Source: Candidatus Saccharimonas sp. (GTDB lineage: Bacteria; Patescibacteriota; Saccharimonadia; Saccharimonadales; Saccharimonadaceae). From it: a stretch of DNA of 32,000 bases. Of this stretch, positions 25,507 through 32,000 are shown in pieces. Location: assembly GCA_015256915.3 (NCBI GenBank), contig CP076101.2, positions 570,001-602,000 on the forward strand, given 5' to 3'. The position numbers were made by a program, and so were the translations under genes. Position 1 is the stretch's first letter. Each line of letters starts with the position of its first letter. The notes beneath the pieces were generated by a model. That model saw only the letters and a list, made by a program, of their open reading frames with translations, did no database searches and had not been told where the DNA came from.

Positions 25507-27174
25507 TTATTTTAAGAATCCCATCACAACAATTACAATAAGGCTAATTAAAGTTAAAATAGCCATTAATGGAGCAGTTCTCTTAACCCAGTTTTTATAA
25601 GGAACACCTGCGAGCGCTAAACCAGCCATTAATGATGCAATTGTAGGGGCAACCATATTAAGAAGTCCAGATGCAGTCGCAAACGCAACGACAGCAATTT
25701 CTTTAGTTGAACCAGCCAAATCTGCAACAGGAGCAATAATTGGCATTGTAGCCTCTGCTAAACCAGAAGATGATGGAATGATAAATGACATTGGGATATA
25801 GAAAATATAAGCCAAAACACCAAATATCTGTGATGGAACTTTTCGAAGAAGTTCTTCACCCCAATAAACAATCGTATCTTGAATTCCACCAGCCTGCATC
25901 AAAACGCCAATTGCTGCAGCAACCGCAATAATTAAAGCAACACTCAATAAATCTGCCGAGCCAGCAAGGAAAGTATTTGTTACAGAAACATCATCTTTTT
26001 TAAATTCCTCATGATAAAGAATTTTAATCATTATTGTCGAGATTAAGAACAATGCTGAAATTTCGTTAAAATACCAAGAACCAAATGGAACAGCATGCTC
26101 AAATCCGAAGATTCCACCAACAATAGGCAAAGTTGCGAGCCATTCGTGCCAGTCTTCAAAGAATGTTACGTGCAAATCTTTCCAAGGAACAAGTGACATA
26201 ATCATTACAAGGAAAGTTAGCCCAAAAATTCCCATCACAAATTTTCGCTCAAGTGTAAATTCTGGTACTTTCGAAGCATCAATTGCTTTAACTGCTGGTT
26301 TTCCTTTAGAATCTTCAGCATATTCACCAGCTTTAACTTTAGCAGCATATCGCATCGTAAAGATAATCGAAGCAGCTAAAGATGCAACTAGAATTATAAA
26401 CTGAGGCAATAATATTTTCGATAATTCTGCACCAGCAGCGTTTGCAGCAATAATAGTTGAGAATGGATTTACAGTTGAAGCTAAAACACCTGAGCCAGCT
26501 CCAAGAACAATTACCATTACGGCAGTCATTGAATTATAACCAGCAGCAATCATAATTGGCACGATTAATGCATAAAACGCTACCGCTTCTTCTTGCATAC
26601 CATAAGTAGTTCCACCAATCGCAAAAAGTGTCATTAAAACTGGAATAATCCACTTTTCTTTACCTTTCATCTTTTTGAGTAAACCACCAATTGCAGAATC
26701 AAGTGCACCGGTTTTCATCACAACACCCAAGAACCCACCAAGGATCAGGATGAATACGATTACATCAAGTTTCTTAGCCATTCCATAAATTGGAGACAAG
26801 AAAATATCCCAAAATCCTTGCTTTAGATTAATGTAATAATCTTTTTTCTCTTTTTCAGCTTTTTTAAAATCACTTGCTGCATTTTTATAACCTTTGCTTT
26901 CTGCCTCAGAAATTGAAATTTCGGTTTTTGGATTTTTAACTTCTTCAACAACTTTCAAGCGTTTTTCAGTTTGCGAGTAACTGTTGGATTTAATTTTTCC
27001 ATCTTCCAGTCGTTCATAACGACCACTTGGTATAAGCCAAGTTAATCCAGCCATTATTGCAATAATAATGAATAAAACACTAAAAGCTGACGGCGATTTA
27101 AACACTTTTAGCTTTTTCGAAACCTTTTTAACCTTTTTTGAAGCAGTTTTATCTGCATCTTTTTTCATAGCCAT
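25507..27174 (-). CDS. YfcC / C4-dicarboxylate anaerobic carrier (DcuC)-family transporter, probable arginine/ornithine exchanger of the ADI cluster
   Basis: 555 aa, polytopic with more than 10 TM helices. Its position directly after arcA and the OTC gene matches the streptococcal-type ArcD arrangement, which uses this family. The substrate is inferred from context only. Confidence 0.7.
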   Translation of the reverse strand: MAMKKDADKTASKKVKKVSKKLKVFKSPSAFSVLFIIIAIMAGLTWLIPSGRYERLEDGKIKSNSYSQTEKRLKVVEEVKNPKTEISISEAESKGYKNAASDFKKAEKEKKDYYINLKQGFWDIFLSPIYGMAKKLDVIVFILILGGFLGVVMKTGALDSAIGGLLKKMKGKEKWIIPVLMTLFAIGGTTYGMQEEAVAFYALIVPIMIAAGYNSMTAVMVIVLGAGSGVLASTVNPFSTIIAANAAGAELSKILLPQFIILVASLAASIIFTMRYAAKVKAGEYAEDSKGKPAVKAIDASKVPEFTLERKFVMGIFGLTFLVMIMSLVPWKDLHVTFFEDWHEWLATLPIVGGIFGFEHAVPFGSWYFNEISALFLISTIMIKILYHEEFKKDDVSVTNTFLAGSADLLSVALIIAVAAAIGVLMQAGGIQDTIVYWGEELLRKVPSQIFGVLAYIFYIPMSFIIPSSSGLAEATMPIIAPVADLAGSTKEIAVVAFATASGLLNMVAPTIASLMAGLALAGVPYKNWVKRTAPLMAILTLISLIVIVVMGFLK

Positions 27175-27189
27175 TTTCTTCTCCTAAAA

Positions 27190-28179
27190 TTACAAAGTTA
27201 AAGCCATAACCGCTTTAATCGTATGCATGCGGTTTTCAGCTTCATCGAATACAATTGAAGAGTTTGAGTTAAAGACTTCATCAGTAACTTCCATTTCTTT
27301 CAATCCATATTTTTCGAAAATTTCTTTTCCAATTTTTGTATTTAAATCATGGAATGCTGGTAAACAGTGCATAAATTTTACATTTGGGTTTCCAGTTGCA
27401 TGAAGAAGTGCCATATTTACTTGAAATCCGCGTAGTTGGTGGATTCGTTCCTCAAATTTATCTTCTTCTCCCATTGATACCCATACATCAGTATAGATGA
27501 AATCTGCGCCGTGAGCAGCACCATATAGGTCGTCTGTAATTGTAATTTTTGCGCCAGTTTCACGAGCAATTTCACGGCATTTTTCAACCAAAGCAGGATC
27601 TGGATGAAGATTATTTGGGGCAGCAATTCGAAAATCAACGCCCATTTTAGCTGAGCCAACCATCAAGCTGTTTGCCATATTATTGCGTCCATCACCAACA
27701 AATACTAATTTAGCACCTTTTAGGTATCCAAGATGTTCTTCCATTGTCATAAAATCAGCCAAAATTTGAGTTGGGTGATACATATCAGTCAAACCATTCC
27801 AAACAGGTACACCAGCATATTTTGCAAGTTCTTCAACAGTTGAATGATCGAAACCGCGAAATTCAATTCCATCAAATGAGCGACCAAGCACAATTGCTGT
27901 ATCTTTAATTGATTCCTTTTTACCCATTTGAATATCATCTTTACCTAAAAATTCTGGGTGAATTCCCAAATCTCGAGCCGCCACAGTAAAAGCGGTTCGA
28001 GTTCGGGTTGAAGTTTTTTCAAAAAGCAAAGCAACTTGCTTACCTTCGTGAATTTTGTGAGCAATTCCAGCTCGCTTTAAACGTTTATATTCATGCGAAA
28101 CATCAAGCATTAAGCGAATTTCTTCTGGTGTAAAATCTAAAAGTGTTAGAAAATTTCGATTTTTCAAATTTAATGCCAT
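27190..28179 (-). CDS. arcB: ornithine carbamoyltransferase (catabolic context)
   Basis: Motifs [29 protein letters not shown] and FMHCLPAFH. The start is moved to the ATG at 28179 ([11 protein letters not shown]...), with GGAGAGAGGAG upstream. Only 2 nt separate it from the arcA stop. Confidence 0.93.
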   Translation of the reverse strand: MALNLKNRNFLTLLDFTPEEIRLMLDVSHEYKRLKRAGIAHKIHEGKQVALLFEKTSTRTRTAFTVAARDLGIHPEFLGKDDIQMGKKESIKDTAIVLGRSFDGIEFRGFDHSTVEELAKYAGVPVWNGLTDMYHPTQILADFMTMEEHLGYLKGAKLVFVGDGRNNMANSLMVGSAKMGVDFRIAAPNNLHPDPALVEKCREIARETGAKITITDDLYGAAHGADFIYTDVWVSMGEEDKFEERIHQLRGFQVNMALLHATGNPNVKFMHCLPAFHDLNTKIGKEIFEKYGLKEMEVTDEVFNSNSSIVFDEAENRMHTIKAVMALTL

Positions 28180-28181
28180 TA

Positions 28182-29432
28182 TTAAATCTCCTCTCTCCAA
28201 ATTGGCATTGACATACAGCGTGGGCCTCCACGGCCACGACCAAGTTCAGCGCCCTGAATTTCAATAACTTCCACGCCAGCTTCACGCAAAGCTCTGTTGG
28301 TTACATAGTTTCGGTCATAAGTTACAACTACACCTGGAGCGATTGCTAGAGTATTCGAGCCATCGTTCCACTGTTCGCGAGCCGCCGCAATTGGATCACC
28401 ATCACCACATTGAATTAAATTTACATGGTCAAGACAAAGAACTTCCTCTAGAGTTTCTTTCAAGTTTGTGCGATGTGTAATTTTTGGCTGACCTGGAATG
28501 CCAGAATCTTCCAAAACGTAAATATTCAATTCACCATCTTTGTCTAAAATTTCTGGGTGAACTGTAAATTTATCATAATCAATCATTGTGAAAACAGTAT
28601 CAAGATGCATAAAAGCATGTGAAACTGGAATTTGAATTGCTAAAATTTTATTAAAATCTGAAAATTCAAACAATTTCGAAGCAACTTTTTCGATTGCTTC
28701 AGGAGTTGTTCGTTGTGAAACGCCAATTGCCATCACATTCTTCGAAAGAACGAGTTCATCGCCACCTTCCATATTGAATTTATTATAGCGATCAAACCAA
28801 ACCGGAACTTCACCACCAGGAGTTTTTGCTGCAAATCGTGGGTGATAGCGCATAATATATTCCATAAACAAACTCTCGCGTCGACGAGCTGGATATCGCA
28901 TTTTATTAATTGTTAAGCCATTTCCAACTGCAGCTGCTGGGTCACGAGTAAAGTAAAGATTTGGCATTGGGTCGAGCAAAAATGGATAATCACTCTTAAA
29001 ATAATAGTTCAAATGAGATTTTTCATCTTCATCAGTTTTAATCTCATCTTTTTTAACACCCGCCATAATTTTTCGAACAAGCTCGAGCGGCTCAAATTCT
29101 CCTAAATAACGCATCAAAGCGTGCGTTACATGTCGTTCACCTTGCTTCGAAGCTCGCACAAAATCAGAAATAAATCGCCACTTAATTTCATCATTATAAA
29201 GCGATTCTGCCGCTAATTGATCGAGATAAAGAACTTCAACTCCATGGTTTCGAAGAGTTTCCGCAAAAGCATCATGCTCAGCTTGTGCAACTTCCAAATA
29301 TGGAATATCATCAAAGAGTAGCTGTTCCAAATAATCCGGAGTTAACCCTTCAAGTTCTTTTCCTGGTCTATGTAAAATTACGGTTTTGAGTTTTCCGATT
29401 TCACTATTAACTTGAATCGGTTTTTCACCCAT
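28182..29432 (-). CDS. arcA: arginine deiminase
   Basis: [26 protein letters not shown]..., FTRDP, HLDTVF and the C-terminal catalytic Cys context [11 protein letters not shown]. The start is the ATG at 29432, with AGGGAGGG just upstream. The track start is 29474. Confidence 0.95.
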   Translation of the reverse strand: MGEKPIQVNSEIGKLKTVILHRPGKELEGLTPDYLEQLLFDDIPYLEVAQAEHDAFAETLRNHGVEVLYLDQLAAESLYNDEIKWRFISDFVRASKQGERHVTHALMRYLGEFEPLELVRKIMAGVKKDEIKTDEDEKSHLNYYFKSDYPFLLDPMPNLYFTRDPAAAVGNGLTINKMRYPARRRESLFMEYIMRYHPRFAAKTPGGEVPVWFDRYNKFNMEGGDELVLSKNVMAIGVSQRTTPEAIEKVASKLFEFSDFNKILAIQIPVSHAFMHLDTVFTMIDYDKFTVHPEILDKDGELNIYVLEDSGIPGQPKITHRTNLKETLEEVLCLDHVNLIQCGDGDPIAAAREQWNDGSNTLAIAPGVVVTYDRNYVTNRALREAGVEVIEIQGAELGRGRGGPRCMSMPIWREEI

Positions 29433-29464
29433 ATTCCCTCCCTTTATTTTATGTTTATGCTTTA

Positions 29465-29493
29465 ATTTTACCATAAAGATTATCTTTTATCAA
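29465..29493 (-). promoter_or_regulatory. arcA promoter (extended -10)
   Basis: Minus strand: TTGATA (29493-29488), 17-nt spacer ending in TG, TAAAAT (29470-29465). The imperfect palindrome ATAAAGAT-T-ATCTTTTAT overlaps the spacer and could be an operator. Confidence 0.6.
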
Positions 29494-29507
29494 ACAATTT
29501 AACTTTA

Positions 29508-29536
29508 TTGACTTTTTATTAGAAAAATTATATAAT
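29508..29536 (+). promoter_or_regulatory. near-consensus sigma70 promoter, divergent from arcA
   Basis: TTGACT 29508-29513, exactly 17-nt spacer, TATAAT 29531-29536. Confidence 0.65.
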
Positions 29537-29571
29537 AATAGCATCTTAGTACATTTTTGGAGGTGGAAATT

Positions 29572-29892
29572 ATGGTAAAAATTATGGTAACACACAGATA
29601 TCGTTCGAAAACCGTCACAATGGATGTTTCGGAAAATATTATTGCCCATGCTGAAAATGGTGACGACTGGGCAATTCGAAGAATTTTCGAAAATTATTTG
29701 AAGCTATGCCACTATCAAAGAGGTAAGCTTCAGCCCCGAAGTATACAATTCTGGCGAGTTAAGTCAAAATCGAAAATCCTTAAGCAAACTTTTGCACACC
29801 GAACAGATAATTTTTCGGCTTGCGAAAGGGAAAATTGTTTATTTTGTAACAATGGACAATACGAAAAATGCCCAAATAACCACCATATATAA
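29572..29892 (+). CDS. hypothetical Cys/His-rich small protein, 106 aa
   Basis: GGAGGTGG lies 5 nt before the ATG at 29572; the track start 29557 is a TTG inside the SD. The C-terminus CERENCLFCNNGQYEKCPNNHH looks like a zinc-binding cluster. The N-terminal part has a helical AENGDDWAIRRIFENYLKL segment. Flanked by its own promoter and terminator. Confidence 0.65.
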   Translation: MVKIMVTHRYRSKTVTMDVSENIIAHAENGDDWAIRRIFENYLKLCHYQRGKLQPRSIQFWRVKSKSKILKQTFAHRTDNFSACERENCLFCNNGQYEKCPNNHHI

Positions 29893-29915
29893 AAACCCTT
29901 TCGAAAAGGGTTTTT
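29891..29915. terminator. bidirectional intrinsic terminator with TTCGAA at the apex
   Basis: AAAAACCCTTTCGAAAAGGGTTTTT. The stem is CCCTTT/AAAGGG extended by A/T runs. TTCGAA at 29900-29905 occupies the loop. It is shared by the convergent genes ending at 29892 and 29914. Confidence 0.75.
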
Positions 29916-30855
29916 ATTTTTTAACTTGTTTTATGGATGAATGCTTTTGATGGCGAGTACGAGCTTTTGAATTCTTCATTTTAGCAGTGATTCGATTTAC
30001 ATCATGAATGACCATTTGCGGATATGGCAAAATAATATCGTTTTCATCAAAAGCTTTCTTGATTTCCCGCCGAAAAATTCCGGCAACATTCCATTGTTTT
30101 CCAGCTTTTACCCTTCCTAAACACTTAATTTCCATCGAGGAATCCAAGAATTTATTAACTCTTACAAATACAATTGGCTCAATAATATCTTTTTTCAATT
30201 CCGGATCTTCAAGCATTTTTAGCCCAACATTATTTATCACTTCTTCCAAAACATCAATATCCGTATCATAAGATACGCCAAACATTAAATTAACATTAGC
30301 ATATTTAAAAGAAAGATTTGTCACCGCCTCGCTTGCACCATTTCGAATTGTGTGAACTTTTCCATCACCATCACGAACCTGAGTAATTCGTAAAGAAATA
30401 TTCTCAACTTTCCCCGAAATTAGCCTTCCAGCAACCATAATTTCAATCGTATCTCCAACTCGATATTGGTTCTCACCTACAATGAAAAATCCCGCTAAAA
30501 TATCACGAGTTGTTGTTTGAGCACCAAGACCAACCACGACACCAACTAAACCAGCACCTGTCATTAAAGATGCTACATTAACACCAATTGAACTAAGAAA
30601 ATTTATAGCTGCAGTCATCCAAATAACGATATCAATTGTAGTTTTTGCAATTTTCGAAATTGTTTCATTTCTTTTTAAACGTTCTTCGGAGCGCTTTATT
30701 TTTTTAGTTTTCTTACGAACACTGAAAGCGAAATCAATAATTTTGCGTGATAAAAAACTCGCAAAAACTGCAATAAGAATAATCGTGATTGGTTCGAACC
30801 AGTCGTAATCTAAAAATCCTGTTATAAATTTTTCGAAACTCTTAAAAATATCCAT
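29914..30855 (-). CDS. mscS: mechanosensitive ion channel, MscS family
   Basis: 313 aa with 3 TM helices followed by the MscS beta-domain pattern ILAGFFIVGENQYRVGDTIEI...GKVENISLRITQVRDGDGKVHTIRNG. Confidence 0.85.
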   Translation of the reverse strand: MDIFKSFEKFITGFLDYDWFEPITIILIAVFASFLSRKIIDFAFSVRKKTKKIKRSEERLKRNETISKIAKTTIDIVIWMTAAINFLSSIGVNVASLMTGAGLVGVVVGLGAQTTTRDILAGFFIVGENQYRVGDTIEIMVAGRLISGKVENISLRITQVRDGDGKVHTIRNGASEAVTNLSFKYANVNLMFGVSYDTDIDVLEEVINNVGLKMLEDPELKKDIIEPIVFVRVNKFLDSSMEIKCLGRVKAGKQWNVAGIFRREIKKAFDENDIILPYPQMVIHDVNRITAKMKNSKARTRHQKHSSIKQVKK

Positions 30856-30899
30856 TACTAGTTATAATTAAAACATAAACACTTTATTTTTTCAATATT

Positions 30900-31250
30900 C
30901 TAATACCACAAAGTTAGAATTGCATCATCAATTTTTCTTGCTTGTTCAATTTGATTATTTTCAGCATAGGAGTCTCGCTTCTTAACTAAAAAATCATGAA
31001 TATTTTTTTCATCGCCAGAAAGTTCCGATATCTGTTTCTTAATAGAAATCGAACGAGCTTCACCACCATCAGATTTAGTTATTTTTCCCATTAAAACCAA
31101 ATTATCTATATGCTTCGCTACCGTTGCAACAGATTTATAGCCCATGCCACGAGCAATTTCGCGATATGTTGGGCTATAACCAGATTCTTCAATAAAAACT
31201 TCTATAAAATTCAAAAGTTCAACTTGTTTTTTAGTCAAATTAATTGCCAT
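30900..31250 (-). CDS. LexA-type winged-helix DNA-binding protein without S24 peptidase domain
   Basis: LTKKQVELLNFIEVFIEESGYSPTYREIARGMGYKSVATVAKHIDNLVLMGKI matches the LexA N-terminal DNA-binding domain. The remaining ~50 aa are helical and have no Ala-Gly cleavage site or Ser/Lys dyad. The ATG at 31250 has AGGTGA upstream and overlaps the LCP gene end by 11 nt. Confidence 0.7.
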   Translation of the reverse strand: MAINLTKKQVELLNFIEVFIEESGYSPTYREIARGMGYKSVATVAKHIDNLVLMGKITKSDGGEARSISIKKQISELSGDEKNIHDFLVKKRDSYAENNQIEQARKIDDAILTLWY

Positions 31251-32000
31251 TATCTTCACCTAACAAAATAATTATATCTGAATCTTCTCCTATTTTTGAT
31301 AATTCTGATGGTAATTTTTCAGCTTTGGTTGAATATTTAGATTCAAGATTTTTAATTGTTGCGGTTTTCGAATCTTCTTTTACATAATAAATTTTAGTTT
31401 TAGCATAGTCTCGCTTTGGTGCAGAATCAATATCTTGAATATTAAAGCCTTCTTTCTCAAGCTTTTTCTGTTCTTGAGCAGCTAATCCTGAATAATTCGT
31501 ACCATTTAAAATTTTAATTTTAGCGTTTTCTTTAATAACCTCACTACCAATTGTATTTTTTGAAATATAAGCTTGAATTTGGCTATAATTATAAGTTCCA
31601 GCTTTTGGTAAAACTGCACTAACCGAATTAATTAGCCCAGTTGTGAAATAATTTGCAGACTGATCATTTTCATTAACAAGTGGTAAAGAAGTTATAGATC
31701 CACCGTTAAAGTCTTGAGCAATTTCAGCCGCAGTCTTTAGTTCATCTCCGCTAAATGAGTGATGGATATTTTCACCCAAAGATGAAGCGAGCGAAAGTAA
31801 AGTTATTGGGTTAGTTTTTTGTTCATTTATCTTAGAAAACGCCGCTTTTAAAATCTTCTGCTGATTTCGTTCACGGTCAAAATTGCTTCCACTCAAACCA
31901 ACTCCGCCCGCTGAACCTCGAGCGCGCGAAAACGCCAATGCCGTTTCACCATCCATATGATAAGTTTCACCGCTCTTATAGTTAATTTTCGTAGCTACAT
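31240..32000 (-). CDS. LytR-CpsA-Psr (LCP) family protein, C-terminal part (ORF continues past the right edge)
   Basis: LCP core motif MDGETALAFSRARG...DRERNQQKILKA. The C-terminal LytR_C-like domain is KIKILNGTNYSGLAAQEQKKLEKEGFNI. My translation upstream of the track Met (…VATKINYKSGETYHM) stays open to position 32000. Confidence 0.8.
   Translation of the reverse strand, partial: VATKINYKSGETYHMDGETALAFSRARGSAGGVGLSGSNFDRERNQQKILKAAFSKINEQKTNPITLLSLASSLGENIHHSFSGDELKTAAEIAQDFNGGSITSLPLVNENDQSANYFTTGLINSVSAVLPKAGTYNYSQIQAYISKNTIGSEVIKENAKIKILNGTNYSGLAAQEQKKLEKEGFNIQDIDSAPKRDYAKTKIYYVKEDSKTATIKNLESKYSTKAEKLPSELSKIGEDSDIIILLGEDNGN

Noticed and set aside
29455-29649. 64-aa minus-strand ORF spanning the arcA / small-protein intergenic region
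   Set aside because: It runs through two back-to-back promoters and the SD and start of the plus-strand gene. It has no SD of its own.
1-32000. Alternative genetic code (UGA recoding, as in some candidate-phyla bacteria)
   Set aside because: Long uninterrupted ORFs with full-length family matches (uvrA 936 aa, aspS, arcA) are obtained with the standard table. Stops seen are mostly TAA, with one TAG. Nothing requires recoding.
1-32000. CRISPR arrays, insertion sequences, prophage or defence-system genes
   Set aside because: I saw no spaced direct repeats and no transposase, integrase or recombinase-like ORF. I saw no nuclease/ATPase gene pairs typical of known defence systems. The only repeat-like signal is the dispersed TTCGAA word.

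Overview
Low-GC (about one-third G+C, estimated by eye), gene-dense chromosomal segment. I call about 33 protein-coding genes, almost all on the minus strand and often with overlapping stop/start codons, plus 4 tRNAs. Housekeeping genes are recognisable from motifs: uvrC, uvrA, aspS, galE, trmB and a DivIC/FtsB-like protein. There is an arginine deiminase cluster (arcA, catabolic ornithine carbamoyltransferase, YfcC/DcuC-type carrier) with no carbamate kinase in the window. There is also a PadR / PspC-domain / ABC-transporter module, a class I fructose-bisphosphate aldolase carrying an extra ~300-aa N-terminal domain, and a histidine-phosphatase/glycosyltransferase fusion next to tRNA-Asn. Other calls are an RclA-like flavoprotein disulfide reductase, a DsbA-like protein, MscS, an LCP-family protein, a LexA-type winged-helix protein lacking the peptidase domain, and several membrane-anchored hypotheticals. 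Three unannotated small genes (30-40 codons) have their own SD sequences and terminators, and two of the three also have a recognisable promoter. I found no rRNA, CRISPR array, transposase or integrase. The gene content and architecture fit a reduced-genome monoderm bacterium such as Saccharibacteria/Patescibacteria, but this is inference only. The most unusual signal is at the DNA level. The palindrome TTCGAA, usually extended to TTTCGAAA, is about 10-fold over-represented as the 6-mer and more than 30-fold as the 8-mer. It occurs in all three reading frames, in intergenic DNA and at the apex of terminator hairpins. It is scarce in the AT-rich block beside tRNA-Asn. All counts are hand counts and should be recomputed.
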